A DNA stretch of 64,000 nt from a candidate division WOR-3 bacterium (GCA_039803205.1 JBDRYB010000001.1:64001-128000), one strand, 5' to 3'. Shown: positions 10,861-21,688, counted from the stretch's first letter. Numbers and translations: made by a program. The notes: generated by a model from the letters alone, not told the origin.

Positions 10861-11850
10861 ATGCTCATAGGTATAAATGGTTTCGGCCGGGTTGGCCGGC
10901 AGGTGTTTAAGATAGCCCTAGAGAGAGGGCACAAGGTCGTTGGCATAAACGACCTTTTTGACGCAAGCGTGCTCGCGCATCTTCTCAAGTATGACTCGGT
11001 CTACGGCAAATATGAGAAGAGGGTTGAGGCCGGAGAGGGCTTCATAGCCGTGGATGGCCTCAGGATCCCTGTCACCGCGCACAAGGACCCGAAGGATATA
11101 CCGTGGGGAGACTGGAAGGCTGAGATCGTAATTGAGGCATCCGGAGCCTTCAGGTCAAAGGACAAGGCCTCCGCGCACCTAAGGGATACGGTTAAGAAGG
11201 TCATAATAACCGCACCGGCCAAAGGCGAGATAGACGCGACCTTCGTTATGGGCTGTAATGAGAACACATACGATCCCCAGAAGCACCATATCGTGTCCAA
11301 CGCTTCCTGCACGACCAACGCCTTCGCGCACATGGTTCGGGTGATAAAGGAACGCTTCGGGATAAAGAGGGGCCTAATGACCACGGTCCACGCCTACACA
11401 AACGATCAACGCATACTTGACTCGCCCCACAAGGACCTGAGAAGGGCCAGGTCCGCTGGCATATCCATAATCCCCACATCAACCGGAGCGGCAAAGGCGA
11501 TAACCATAATATACCCAGAGCTCAAAGGAAAGCTTGACGCTGTCGCCCTGAGGGTCCCAACCCAGGACGCTTCCCTCGTTGATTTCGCGGTTGAGGTTGA
11601 GAGGCCAACCACACCTGAGGAGGTCAATGAGGCATTCCGGGCCTACGCAGATGCAAATCCAAAATACATGGGGATAGCCGAGGACGAGCTCGTCTCCATA
11701 GACATAGTTGGGGAGCGCAGGTCCGTAATATTTGACCCGTTCCTCACCCAGGTGGTTGACGGAACGCTCGTGAAGGTATTCGGCTGGTATGACAACGAGT
11801 GGGGCTATTCCGAGAGGGTCGTTGATCTGGCCGAGCACATGCTGAAATAA
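10861..11850 (+). CDS. gap: Glyceraldehyde-3-phosphate dehydrogenase (type I)
   Basis: GINGFGRVGR, SNASCTTN, WYDNEWGYS. Confidence 0.98.
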   Translation: MLIGINGFGRVGRQVFKIALERGHKVVGINDLFDASVLAHLLKYDSVYGKYEKRVEAGEGFIAVDGLRIPVTAHKDPKDIPWGDWKAEIVIEASGAFRSKDKASAHLRDTVKKVIITAPAKGEIDATFVMGCNENTYDPQKHHIVSNASCTTNAFAHMVRVIKERFGIKRGLMTTVHAYTNDQRILDSPHKDLRRARSAGISIIPTSTGAAKAITIIYPELKGKLDAVALRVPTQDASLVDFAVEVERPTTPEEVNEAFRAYADANPKYMGIAEDELVSIDIVGERRSVIFDPFLTQVVDGTLVKVFGWYDNEWGYSERVVDLAEHMLK

Positions 11851-11852
11851 CC

Positions 11853-13199
11853 TTGATAGCTTCTTGGAAACCAGGGAGGGATGTTCGTTATCATCCCTCC
11901 CTTTCTCACGCCTTGGGGTCTGGAGCACCCCTCATACTTTCCCTGGACGGAGGCGCTTCCCTCTTCAAGGGTTCGCTTGACCGATTTCTCGTTGAGCTTC
12001 AGAAGCCAGGCGTCTCACTCGCTTACTCCTCATACGAAACGGATTCCGGCGCGGTTGAGGCAATGCCCTTTAATCGCGACATAACCGAGCGCTTCCCATT
12101 TGGGCCGGTAAGGGCTTACCTCTCGGAAAAACTCATGGGAACCGGGGCAGAGGGGTTCACATATGCGTGGGAATACCACGCGAGGCTGGTTCTTGAGGAG
12201 CGAGGGCTTTTGCCATCAGCGATCCCGGAGCCCCTCTACTTTTACGAGCCGGATCTGAGACCGAGGCCGGACCTCAGGGAGTATTGGGACAAGGGTGAAA
12301 GGGGTTCTCATGACCTCTGGGAACCCTTCTCTTACCTGAATTATCCCCCGGAGGCGGACTCGGAGATCCGCGAAGTCTTCTACGCTATGCTCAGGAGGCG
12401 AGAGGCCTTCCTTGAGGATTTTGAGCCTGAGAGAAGATTTCCGCCCGGCAAAGGGGACTACAAACTCATGGCTTCTGTGGTGATCCCCGTCAGAAACAGG
12501 GAGCAGTTTATTGGCCGAGCAATTGAATCCGCTCTCGCTCAGGACTTCTCAGACTACGAGGTTATCGTTGTTGACAACGCATCGGAGGACAAAACAAGGG
12601 ATGTCGTGAGGAATTTTGACGATCCCAGGCTCCGGTTGATAGAGAACCCAAATGGCTCAATTGCTTTTGCTCTGAACACTGGCCTCAGGGCCGCGAGGGG
12701 AAAATACATTCTGCAGCTTGACTCGGATGACGCGTATGCCCCGGAGACCGTGCGCATCATGGTTGGTTTCATGGAGGCGCACCCGGAGTGCGGCCTTGCC
12801 ATATCCTATTATCAGATAACCGACGAAAACCTAAATCCCCTGCCGGGCGGCATAGTTAGGCATCTGGAATACGACAGGAACAACATACTGAGGTGCGAGG
12901 GCGCTGGTGCTGTTCGCTGTTGGAGAAAGGAAGTATTGCTTGAGATAGGTGGTTTTGACGAGGAGTTCGGGATGTATGGTGAGGATTACGATGCTGTCAT
13001 AAAGGTCTCTGAGAGATACGATGTCTGCCGCGTTCACGAGGTCCTTTACTTCTACAGGAGACACAAGGGCTCTCAGGATGTTGTCCAGTCCAGGTCCCAT
13101 AGGCTTGATGCTAAGACCAGAATAAGGTTAAGAGCCATAGAAAGAAGAAGGGCGCTGGTCAAGAGCCGTGAAGCTAGAGGATATTCCAAAGATACTTGA
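11853..13199 (+). CDS. Glycosyltransferase family 2 with degenerate N-terminal GT-like region
   Basis: SVVIPVRNRE, VVDNASED, LQLDSDD, GEDYD. Confidence 0.85.
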   Translation: MIASWKPGRDVRYHPSLSHALGSGAPLILSLDGGASLFKGSLDRFLVELQKPGVSLAYSSYETDSGAVEAMPFNRDITERFPFGPVRAYLSEKLMGTGAEGFTYAWEYHARLVLEERGLLPSAIPEPLYFYEPDLRPRPDLREYWDKGERGSHDLWEPFSYLNYPPEADSEIREVFYAMLRRREAFLEDFEPERRFPPGKGDYKLMASVVIPVRNREQFIGRAIESALAQDFSDYEVIVVDNASEDKTRDVVRNFDDPRLRLIENPNGSIAFALNTGLRAARGKYILQLDSDDAYAPETVRIMVGFMEAHPECGLAISYYQITDENLNPLPGGIVRHLEYDRNNILRCEGAGAVRCWRKEVLLEIGGFDEEFGMYGEDYDAVIKVSERYDVCRVHEVLYFYRRHKGSQDVVQSRSHRLDAKTRIRLRAIERRRALVKSREARGYSKDT

Positions 13200-13821
13200 G
13201 GCCAGATACGGAAGGCCTAAGAGAAAGCCAAAGCCCCTCCTTGATTGTCTGGTGAGGACCATACTTTCTCAGAACACAAACGATAAGCTCAGGGATGAGG
13301 CGTATTCCCAGCTCCTCAAGAGGTTCGGCTCCTGGAAAGAGGCGCGCGAGGCCACGGTTTCGGAAATAGCGCGCGCCATAAGGGTAGCAGGACTACACAA
13401 ACAAAAGGCCAGGGCCATAAAGGCTCTCATTGAACTGGCCTCAGCCTACGGATACGATCTCTCTTTCGTGAGCGAAATGGATCCGGACCAAGCTTATGCC
13501 TTCCTCAGAAAGATCAGGGGTATAGGTGACAAGACCGCGAAGGTTTGCCTTCTTTTCTCTTTCGGAATGCCATTTTTCCCCGTTGATACGCACATAAACC
13601 GCGTCGCTAAAAGGATAGGCTTGGCCCATAAAAACTGGACGAGGGAAAGGGTTTCCGAACGCCTTGAGAGGCTCTTTGAGCCGAGAGATTACTATTCTCT
13701 GCATCTAAACCTGATAGAACTGGGGCGCGATCTCTGCAAGCCGCGCGAGCCGAGGTGCGGGGAGTGCCCGATTAGGGCGGTCTGCTCTTTTGGGAAACGC
13801 TCTTCAGGGTCCCCAGTTTGA
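13168..13821 (+). CDS. nth: Endonuclease III-family HhH-GPD DNA glycosylase with 4Fe-4S motif
   Basis: TILSQNT, GIGDKTA, PVDTHINRV, CKPREPRCGECPIRAVC. Confidence 0.88.
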   Translation: MKLEDIPKILEARYGRPKRKPKPLLDCLVRTILSQNTNDKLRDEAYSQLLKRFGSWKEAREATVSEIARAIRVAGLHKQKARAIKALIELASAYGYDLSFVSEMDPDQAYAFLRKIRGIGDKTAKVCLLFSFGMPFFPVDTHINRVAKRIGLAHKNWTRERVSERLERLFEPRDYYSLHLNLIELGRDLCKPREPRCGECPIRAVCSFGKRSSGSPV

Positions 13822-13829
13822 GGGCCCGG

Positions 13830-14807
13830 TTAATGTCCCGCAAAATGGTCATAACCCGAGGATGCTAGGCTCTTCTCAGTCCCGTTAACTATTATTCTGG
13901 AGTCCGGCCTCCCCTCCCTCGCTGAACCCACCACAGTCGCGGGGAAATTCAGCTTTGAGAGCCAGGCCTCGTCCTTCGGGCTTATGGCAAGAAGAACCTC
14001 GTATTCCTCCCCAGACTCTAAGGCGAGCTCCCACGGAGGCTTCTTCGCCCTCTCGGCTATAACCTTCACGGAATCATCTATGGGAAGACGATTGATGTCT
14101 ATGACAACCTCAACCTCTGAGGCAATAGCGAGCCTCCAGGAATCAACTCCGAGGCCATCGGATATATCTATTGCCGCGTGGAGCTCCACATCCATGGCAA
14201 GGCGCTGTATCTGCCTTATGGCTGGCCATGGACGGGCAAACTTCTCCCGAAGGCGCCTGAGCCACGGTTCGTATCCTCGCGTTACTCCCATCTCCTCAGC
14301 AAGGAGCCAACCCCTAACCCTTCCTATGTCCCCCGTGATGACCAGGAGGTCTCCGGGCTGGACGCCTCTCCTGGTTATTGCCTTGCCTTTCGCTATCTCG
14401 CCTATGACCACAACGGAGAGCCCAAGCTTCTCCCCCCTAGAGAGATTTCCGCCGCACGGCGAGATGCAGAACGCTGACATCAACTCCTCCATTCCCTCGT
14501 ATATCTCGGATGCCCTGCCCGCGAGCCTCTTCGGAAGCTGGATGTCAACCAGGAATGTGATGGGTTCCGCGCCCACTGCCGCGAGGTCGCTGAGAGCACC
14601 AGCCAGGGCCCTGTGTCCTATCTCCCTGAGGGTCAGGACATCAAGGGTAAAGTGCACATCCTCATGCGATGAATCAACGGAAACAGCCAGCTCCTTGCCC
14701 GGTATTTCAAGGATAATGGCGGTGTCGTCTCCTGGCCCCAGGGAAACCCTCGGATGCTCCCTGAAGAATGTTGCGAGACTGGTTACTATCTCATCTTCTC
14801 TGATCAT
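13830..14807 (-). CDS. thiL: Thiamine-monophosphate kinase
   Basis: GPGDDTA, LSDLAAVGAEP, IDISDGL, GEEYEVL. Confidence 0.92.
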   Translation of the reverse strand: MIREDEIVTSLATFFREHPRVSLGPGDDTAIILEIPGKELAVSVDSSHEDVHFTLDVLTLREIGHRALAGALSDLAAVGAEPITFLVDIQLPKRLAGRASEIYEGMEELMSAFCISPCGGNLSRGEKLGLSVVVIGEIAKGKAITRRGVQPGDLLVITGDIGRVRGWLLAEEMGVTRGYEPWLRRLREKFARPWPAIRQIQRLAMDVELHAAIDISDGLGVDSWRLAIASEVEVVIDINRLPIDDSVKVIAERAKKPPWELALESGEEYEVLLAISPKDEAWLSKLNFPATVVGSAREGRPDSRIIVNGTEKSLASSGYDHFAGH

Positions 14808-15631
14808 AGCTCTTTCAAGGCCTTATCTAGCTGTTCCTTACTTGGTGCTATCCCGTGCCAGCTGGGGTCGTCCTCCATGAATGAGACACCCTTGCCCTTT
14901 ACGGTCCTAGCCCTTACGAACACGGGCCCAAGACCGTAATCCCTCGCCCAGGCCAGCGTTTCTATGAGCTCGCGAAGGTCGTGCCCATCAACAGAACGGG
15001 TCTCCCAGCCGAATGCCCTGAACTTCTCCTCTATTGGCTCCATGCAAAGCACATCCGAACACCTTCCCTCTATCTGAAGCCCATTATGGTCAAGTATGGC
15101 GATGATGTTCCCTAGGCGGTAATGAGAGGCCGAGGCCGCTGCCTCCCAGACCTGGCCCTCGCCCAGCTCCCCATCTCCCAAAAGCACGAAAACCTTAGCC
15201 GGATTTCTGTCCAGGCGCAATGCCAGCGCCATCCCGACCGCGAAAGAGAAGCCCTGGCCCAGAGACCCTGTGGATGCCTCCACCCCCGGAACCGACCGGA
15301 AGTGCGGATGGCCCTGCAATAGGGAACCGGGTTTCCTCAGAGTCGCCAGGAGCTCGCGAGGGAAATAGCCACACCTCGCCAAGACCGCGTATAACCCGGG
15401 AACAGCGTGGCCCTTTGAGAGGATGAACCTGTCCCTCTCCGACCACCAGGGTTCATGAGGCCTGTGGTTCATGACGGCCCTGTAGAGAGCGAGGAGTATC
15501 TCAACCTCAGAGAGCGAGCCACCCGGATGGCCAGAACCAGCCTCAGCGAGCATAACGAGGATGTCCCGGCGTATGAGCCTCGCCTCCTCCTGGAGCTCTT
15601 CAATGGATGGCGAGAGGTTTCCCTTTTTCAC
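14804..15631 (-). CDS. Transketolase, N-terminal (TPP-binding) subunit
   Basis: SGHPGGSLS, RDRFILSKGHA, STGSLGQG, GDGELGEGQVWEA; no C-terminal subunit gene nearby. Confidence 0.92.
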   Translation of the reverse strand: MKKGNLSPSIEELQEEARLIRRDILVMLAEAGSGHPGGSLSEVEILLALYRAVMNHRPHEPWWSERDRFILSKGHAVPGLYAVLARCGYFPRELLATLRKPGSLLQGHPHFRSVPGVEASTGSLGQGFSFAVGMALALRLDRNPAKVFVLLGDGELGEGQVWEAAASASHYRLGNIIAILDHNGLQIEGRCSDVLCMEPIEEKFRAFGWETRSVDGHDLRELIETLAWARDYGLGPVFVRARTVKGKGVSFMEDDPSWHGIAPSKEQLDKALKEL

Positions 15632-15648
15632 GAGCGGATGGCGAGCAC

Positions 15649-17016
15649 TTAGAACTCCGTGGAGCTTGTGAACCTGAATCTCCTGAGCTTCACCGAAGGG
15701 AGGGTGTCCCCTGAGGGGAAGTGAAGATCATACCAGGATGTTCCACCAACTAGGACCTGATCAGAGCCCGGCTCCGCGTCCGAGAGGGCCTCAAGCATGT
15801 TCTGGGTGAAGCGCATGTTCCTGAGCGCCTTCGTTATCTTGCCGTCTTCTATGAGGAAAAGCCCATCCCTCGTCATCCCCGTTAGGGTAAAGCTCATGGG
15901 TTCAGCGACATTCACATACCACAGCTTTGTTATCAGTATTCCCCTCTCGGTCTCGGATATGAGCTCATCCCTGGTTTTGGTTCCGGGTTTCACAACGATG
16001 TTCATGGCATACGGGTAGTTTCCAAAAGGAATAACGCCGTTTCCGGTTGATTCCTTGCCCTCTGCGGCCGCGCACTTGAGGTCATAAAGTAGGTTAACGG
16101 GAACGCCCCTCTCAACGAGAGGGAATGGTTTTCTGGCAACCCCTTCCATGTCAAATGGGTATGGGAATCCCTGGGTTGGGTCCTCCCATATCTCTATATG
16201 CTCCGAGAATATACGCTTCCCCATCTTGTCCTTGAGGAAGCTCCTTCCTTCCTGAAAGGCCCTCGCAGAGAAACCCATCCAATTGGCGAATGCGATGATC
16301 TCCGAGACGGCCAAGGGCTCCAGCACAACCTCATACTCGCCCGGGGAGATGTCCTCAGGGTTCTCGGTCATCTCAGCCCTCATCCTGGCTTTTTCAGCAA
16401 CCCTCCTCGGTTCAACATCCCGGATCCTCACCGAAGATTCCTGACCCCAGGAGGATGCGAGACCCCTCATTGGGTTTATTGAGAAGTGAGCATCAGTCAT
16501 CCTGTGATAAAGCCGAAGCCCTCTGGAATTGGCGATAACTATCTCCACCGAGCCCTTTGAGAATGAGCCGTATCCCTCGTATGGGCCGAGCACCCTAACG
16601 GCATCTGAGACCTTCTGGCCCATGTATTCAGGGGGAGTCTCAGCGGTTTCCTCGTCAAACGCCCAAGGAACCCGATCCGGCTCCGAATGGCTAAGCGGCT
16701 CCGGAAGGTCCTGCTCAGGGCTATGGGACGCCACATCTCTTGCGCTAGAGATGAGCCTACTCAGAGCCTCATGCTCATCCGAGTTTATCCAAGCGACCCC
16801 TACCCGTTTTCCGTATCTCACTCTGAGACCAATGCTCAGGTTCCTGATGGCGACATTCTGGTGAACCCTGGAACCCGAAAACCTCGTCAGGATGCTATCC
16901 TCGCTCAGGATAACGATCTCAGAGGTATCCGCATCCGAAAGCCTAAGAACAGCATCAGCCAGCCCAAACAGCCTGTCAGGCCCGTAAAGACTGTTCAAAA
17001 CCCTTTTCATTTCCAT
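15649..17016 (-). CDS. TldD/PmbA (TldE-like) family protein
   Basis: PGEYEVVLEP, FDMEGV, ERGILIT, TGMTRDGLFLIEDG. Confidence 0.88.
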   Translation of the reverse strand: MEMKRVLNSLYGPDRLFGLADAVLRLSDADTSEIVILSEDSILTRFSGSRVHQNVAIRNLSIGLRVRYGKRVGVAWINSDEHEALSRLISSARDVASHSPEQDLPEPLSHSEPDRVPWAFDEETAETPPEYMGQKVSDAVRVLGPYEGYGSFSKGSVEIVIANSRGLRLYHRMTDAHFSINPMRGLASSWGQESSVRIRDVEPRRVAEKARMRAEMTENPEDISPGEYEVVLEPLAVSEIIAFANWMGFSARAFQEGRSFLKDKMGKRIFSEHIEIWEDPTQGFPYPFDMEGVARKPFPLVERGVPVNLLYDLKCAAAEGKESTGNGVIPFGNYPYAMNIVVKPGTKTRDELISETERGILITKLWYVNVAEPMSFTLTGMTRDGLFLIEDGKITKALRNMRFTQNMLEALSDAEPGSDQVLVGGTSWYDLHFPSGDTLPSVKLRRFRFTSSTEF

Positions 17017-18259
17017 CTATCCATACCCTCTTTGGTTTTGCTTTAAGCGTTTTCCCCAAAAACGGGGTGTTCCTTGAACGGGAAGCGAGATCCCTCACCT
17101 CCCACTCCTCGTTCAGATCCCACGCTACGAGATCAGCCAGCGCGCCCTCTCTGATGTGCCCGATATCCTCAATGCCGAGAACCCTTGCCGGGCCAACCGT
17201 GAGCGCCTCAACGAGGCGCTCCAGGGTTATGCGTCCTGGTATAACGAGGTCAGTATAAAGCGCGGAAAAGGCCAGCTCAAGCCAGATCATCCCCGGAGCC
17301 GCGAGTGGAAACTCATATTCCTTGTCCAAGGGGGAATGCGGCGCGTGATCCGTTGCGATGGCGTCTAGGGTCCCATCGCAAAGCGCTTCTATGAGCGCGG
17401 AGCGGTCCCGCTCCTCCCTGAGGGGCGGGTTCACCTTATAGACGGTATCATATGTTTCCAAAAGCTCGTATGTGAAGAGGAGATGGTGGGGCGTAACCTC
17501 AGCGGAAACAGGAAGCCCCACATCCTTTGCCCTCCTTACGAGCTCAACTGACCCAACGGATGATATGTGTTGCAAGTGAAGCCTCGCACCAGTGAGCCCG
17601 CAGAGAAAGAGATCCCTTGAGACCGCTATGTCCTCGGCCTCCCGAGGAGCTGTCTCAAAACCGAGCTTCAGGGTAATGGGTCCCTCGTGCGCGCAAGCGT
17701 CCCCCGAGAGGGTTTTGTCCTCAGGGTGGGATGCTATTACCCCCCCGATACCCGAGGCGTATTCAAGGGCTCTTCGCATCACGGAGGAGGACGAAACCCA
17801 GCTCCCGTCGTCAGTGAACATTAGGGCCCCCTCCATGGCCATGAGGCCCATCTCCGCCAGCTCCTTCCCTTCCCTGGCCTTGGTTATTGCGCCTGCTGGG
17901 AGAACCCTCGCTAGATCAGCCTCCCTTGCTCTCTTGATTATGAACTTTACCCCCTCAGGGCCGTCAATTGGCGGCTGGGTGTTTGGCATTGAAACTATTG
18001 TTGTGTAACCTCCGCGAACAGCAGACAAGGCTCCTGTCTCTATGGTCTCCTTGTATTCTTCTCCCGGCTCCCTCAGGTGCGCGTGCAGGTCAACGAAACC
18101 AGGCATTAGGGTCAGGCCAGAGAGATCAACGACCTCGTGGCCTCCAGGGTTAATCTCCCCTATCTGAGATATCCTCCCGTTCTCCACGAGGACATCGCCC
18201 TTCCGGTCAACTCCATCGCCCGGAGAAAAAAGCCTCGCTCCTTTAAGCAGAAGACCCAT
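16976..18259 (-). CDS. pyrC: Dihydroorotase (type I)
   Basis: PGFVDLHAHLREPG, EVTPHHL, KVNPPLR, ATDHAPH; SD GGAGG. Confidence 0.95.
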   Translation of the reverse strand: MGLLLKGARLFSPGDGVDRKGDVLVENGRISQIGEINPGGHEVVDLSGLTLMPGFVDLHAHLREPGEEYKETIETGALSAVRGGYTTIVSMPNTQPPIDGPEGVKFIIKRAREADLARVLPAGAITKAREGKELAEMGLMAMEGALMFTDDGSWVSSSSVMRRALEYASGIGGVIASHPEDKTLSGDACAHEGPITLKLGFETAPREAEDIAVSRDLFLCGLTGARLHLQHISSVGSVELVRRAKDVGLPVSAEVTPHHLLFTYELLETYDTVYKVNPPLREERDRSALIEALCDGTLDAIATDHAPHSPLDKEYEFPLAAPGMIWLELAFSALYTDLVIPGRITLERLVEALTVGPARVLGIEDIGHIREGALADLVAWDLNEEWEVRDLASRSRNTPFLGKTLKAKPKRVWIDGNEKGFEQSLRA

Positions 18260-19193
18260 TTGATTCCTCCTTTGAACCTGCAAGAAGAAGGTAAAGAATT
18301 GCCATTCTTATCGCTACCCCGTTTGTTACCTGGTCAAGTATGACGGTCTTAACCATCTCCGGAACCCTTGGATCAAGCTCAACCTCCCAATTAACCGGCC
18401 CTGGATGCATGAGTATCACGCCCTCTTTTGCTCTCGCTATCCTTTCCGCGGTTATCCCGAAAAGCCTCCTGTATTCCCGGACCGAGGGGAAGAAGCTCGC
18501 AGAGAGCCTTTCTCGTTGTATCCTCAAGGCCATTATCACATCGGCTTTAGGTATCTCAGCATCTATGTCCCACGAGACCTCAGCGCCCAAACCCCTGAAC
18601 TCCTCAGGAACCAGGGGCCTCGGCCCGCAGAGGACGACATTCGCTCCCCAAGCCCTCATCCCAAAAATGTTGCTCCTGGCAACCCGGGAATGGAGTATAT
18701 CGCCCACAATGAGGACCCTCTTGCCGGAGAAATCGCCCATCTCCCTCATCAGGGTGAACATATCAAGGAGGGCTTGGGTTGGGTGCTCGTGAAGCCCATC
18801 TCCGGCGTTTATCACGGATGCCTGGGTGTGCCTCGCGAGGAAGTGAGGAGCGCCCGGCGCGGAGTGTCTTATCACCACAGCGTCTATCTTCATCGCGTCT
18901 ATGTTTCTCAGCGTATCAAGGAGGGTTTCGCCCTTCTCAACGGATGAGCCCTTTTTTGAGACAGAAACCGTGTCAGCTGAGAGCCTTTTTGCCGCGAGGT
19001 CAAAAGAGGCCTGGGTTCTCGTTGATGCCTCAAAGAACATGTTCAATATGGTCTTTCCCCTCAGGGTCGGGAGTTTTCTGATTGGCCTATCGAGGAACTC
19101 CCTGAAGGTCTCAGCGGTTGAGAAGATGAGCTCCAGCTCTGGTTTCGTTATTCCTTCCAGTCCAACTAGGTCCTTGGAAAAGAGGGTCTCCAT
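18243..19193 (-). CDS. pyrB: Aspartate carbamoyltransferase catalytic subunit
   Basis: FFEASTRT, NAGDGLHEHPTQALLD, MHPGPVN. Confidence 0.97.
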   Translation of the reverse strand: METLFSKDLVGLEGITKPELELIFSTAETFREFLDRPIRKLPTLRGKTILNMFFEASTRTQASFDLAAKRLSADTVSVSKKGSSVEKGETLLDTLRNIDAMKIDAVVIRHSAPGAPHFLARHTQASVINAGDGLHEHPTQALLDMFTLMREMGDFSGKRVLIVGDILHSRVARSNIFGMRAWGANVVLCGPRPLVPEEFRGLGAEVSWDIDAEIPKADVIMALRIQRERLSASFFPSVREYRRLFGITAERIARAKEGVILMHPGPVNWEVELDPRVPEMVKTVILDQVTNGVAIRMAILYLLLAGSKEESNGSSA

Positions 19194-19267
19194 CAAAAGC
19201 AAATGATAACCCAGACGCAGGCGGCCGTTCAAGTTTATTGCGCCAGAGCCTGCCGAGGGATTAGAAT

Positions 19268-21688
19268 ATGGCGCGGATGGATTGGCTTTTGCCCCTCCTA
19301 TACATACTCATTCTGATCGCGGTTCCTTGGGTCCTTCTCGCCGGCAAAAGGGAGCGCATATATCACCTTGTTGCGACGCTCTACATTCTCGTCGGGATAT
19401 TCCTGTTAATAAGCCTCATCTCATACAGGCCGTCTGCCCAGCCCTATCAGAACTGGGGAGGGTTTGTTGGCCACTACTCAGGCGCCGCACTCTACGGTTC
19501 GGTCGGGCTTATAACTGGCCTCGCCCTCGTGTGCCTCTCGTTCGTCGTTGGCGGCCTCCATTTTGCGAAGAGGCTCAGCCTGGGAAACCTTCTGAGAGGT
19601 TTCGGGGTGCTCGCGGCCTTCATATGCATAACATCCATGTTTCCTTCAACCGGCGGAACCGTCCAAAAGGGGTTATCGGGGTGGTTGGCTGGGCTTTTGG
19701 GCTGGGGAAGGTTCCTCCTACTTGGTTTCCTTTTCTTCGCTTTTCTATGGCCATTCTGGTGGCTAGTGAGGCCGGTCAAGGAGGGAATGGCAAGATTATT
19801 CAGCCGGATCAGGTGGCCGAATACCAGAAATAGAAGGGGATCAACCACAGAGATTTTTGAGATCAAGCCAAGGCCATCCGATAGGATAGAGAGCAGAATA
19901 GTGAAGGCCGAAAAGCCCGCGGATGCCCCTCAAAACGAACCGGAGGAGGAAACCGAAACCATTCTCGGGACAGTCTGGGATGCACCGCCAGAGGAAAAGC
20001 CTGAGCAGACAGAACCCTCTTATTACTCAGGCCAGAATCTAGACCCAATAACCCTTCTCTCCCTTTTCAACGAGCCTCCGGCCGTAAAAGAGATGGACGA
20101 CTCAGAGGCCAAAAGGATAGCAGGCCTGATAACCGAGCGCCTGAAGGAGTTCGGGGTTGAGGGGAAGATCGTTGATTACAAGAAGGGCCCGGTCGTAACC
20201 AGATACGAGTATGAGCCAGCCCCAGGGATAAAGCTCTCAAGGGTCGTTGGGCTCGCGGATGACCTCGCTCTGAGGATAAAGGCGCTCTCCGTGAGGATGG
20301 TCGCCCCTTTGCCCGGAAAGGGGCTTATCGGCATAGAGGTCCCGAACCCAAAGAGGAGGGTTGTTTATTTTAGGGAGCTAGCTGAGAGGGAGGAGTTTCT
20401 CAGGGCATCAGATCCCCTGACATTCGCTCTCGGGGTTGACCCAGGGGGAGAGCCCAAATACGAATCCCTCTCAAGGATGCCCCACCTACTCATAGCCGGG
20501 ACAACTGGTTCAGGCAAGTCCGTCTGCATAAACACCATACTCTCCTGCTTCCTCATGGCTTACAGGCACAGGGATATGAGGCTTATACTCGTTGACCCGA
20601 AGAGGGTTGAGCTCTCCTTCTACGAAGGGGTCCCGCACCTCCTCATGCCAGTGATAAAGGACAGAAAGCAGGCAGGAGAAGCCCTGAAAAAGGCCGTGGC
20701 CTGGATGGAGATAAGATACAGGCACTTTGCCAGGGAAGGGGTAAGGGACATAGAGAGCCACAACAGGACAGCCCCATCAAGGGGGGACGACCCTATCCCA
20801 TACATAGTCATAGTCATAGACGAGTTCTCCGACCTCATGCTCACGATGGGGAAGGAGGTTGAGGAACCGCTTGCCAGGCTCGCGCAGATGGCAAGGGCTG
20901 TTGGGATCCACCTAGTTGTAGCTACCCAGCGCCCATCAGTTGATGTGATAACAGGAATAATAAAGGCGAACTTTCCCGTCAGAATAGCGTTCAAGGTCCC
21001 ATCAAGGGTTGACTCAAGGACAATACTTGATGAGATGGGCGCTGAGAAACTGCTGGGCAAAGGGGACATGCTGTTTATTCCTCCTGGATCAGCAGAACCA
21101 ACGAGACTCCACGGCCCATTTGTCTCCGAAGAGGAAACCACCCGTCTCGCGTCAGCTCTCACCCTTGACTACCTTAACCACAGGCTCGGCGAGGCATTCG
21201 GAAAGATCAGCGAGGTCTACGATTGGGCCGCCTGGATAGTGAACGAGGGGCTTACGCCGGCTCTGACGAGGGAGGATGAGCCCGGAGCAGAGGACAGGCT
21301 CTCTATGATCGCGGAACGCGGGGCCAGGGTTTTGGGCAAGAATCAGGAGGATATAACCGAAGAGCTCCTCAACATAAGAAACACATATTACATGCCCATA
21401 GAGGAGATGGAGGAGGCGCCAATAGAGACCCTCTCTGAGGAAGGCGTCACCATCTCGGGCGAGCTAGATCCTCTATTGCCGGAAGCGGCTCGTCTCATTG
21501 TCTCCAGGGGCCAGGGGAGCGCGACAATGCTCCAGAGGAAAATAAAGGTGGGTTTCGCGAGGGCCGCGCGCATAATGGATCAGCTGGAGGAGCTCGGGAT
21601 AGTTGAGCCGGGCGAGGGAACCAAGTCCCGAAGGCCCATCATCTCCCTGGAGGAATTAGAGGCAAAGCTCAGGAGCTTGGGCCTATAG
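19268..21688 (+). CDS. ftsK: DNA translocase FtsK/SpoIIIE
   Basis: N-terminal TM domain, PHLLIAGTTGSGKS, VIDEFSDLM, ATQRPSVDVITG, gamma domain SATMLQRKIKVGFARAARIMDQLE; start is 19268 or 19277. Confidence 0.95.
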   Translation: MARMDWLLPLLYILILIAVPWVLLAGKRERIYHLVATLYILVGIFLLISLISYRPSAQPYQNWGGFVGHYSGAALYGSVGLITGLALVCLSFVVGGLHFAKRLSLGNLLRGFGVLAAFICITSMFPSTGGTVQKGLSGWLAGLLGWGRFLLLGFLFFAFLWPFWWLVRPVKEGMARLFSRIRWPNTRNRRGSTTEIFEIKPRPSDRIESRIVKAEKPADAPQNEPEEETETILGTVWDAPPEEKPEQTEPSYYSGQNLDPITLLSLFNEPPAVKEMDDSEAKRIAGLITERLKEFGVEGKIVDYKKGPVVTRYEYEPAPGIKLSRVVGLADDLALRIKALSVRMVAPLPGKGLIGIEVPNPKRRVVYFRELAEREEFLRASDPLTFALGVDPGGEPKYESLSRMPHLLIAGTTGSGKSVCINTILSCFLMAYRHRDMRLILVDPKRVELSFYEGVPHLLMPVIKDRKQAGEALKKAVAWMEIRYRHFAREGVRDIESHNRTAPSRGDDPIPYIVIVIDEFSDLMLTMGKEVEEPLARLAQMARAVGIHLVVATQRPSVDVITGIIKANFPVRIAFKVPSRVDSRTILDEMGAEKLLGKGDMLFIPPGSAEPTRLHGPFVSEEETTRLASALTLDYLNHRLGEAFGKISEVYDWAAWIVNEGLTPALTREDEPGAEDRLSMIAERGARVLGKNQEDITEELLNIRNTYYMPIEEMEEAPIETLSEEGVTISGELDPLLPEAARLIVSRGQGSATMLQRKIKVGFARAARIMDQLEELGIVEPGEGTKSRRPIISLEELEAKLRSLGL

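Noticed and set aside
13984..14880. 298-aa plus-strand ORF
   Set aside because: Antisense shadow of thiL with Ser/Arg/Pro-rich composition and no motifs. The same applies to most short overlapping ORFs in the track.
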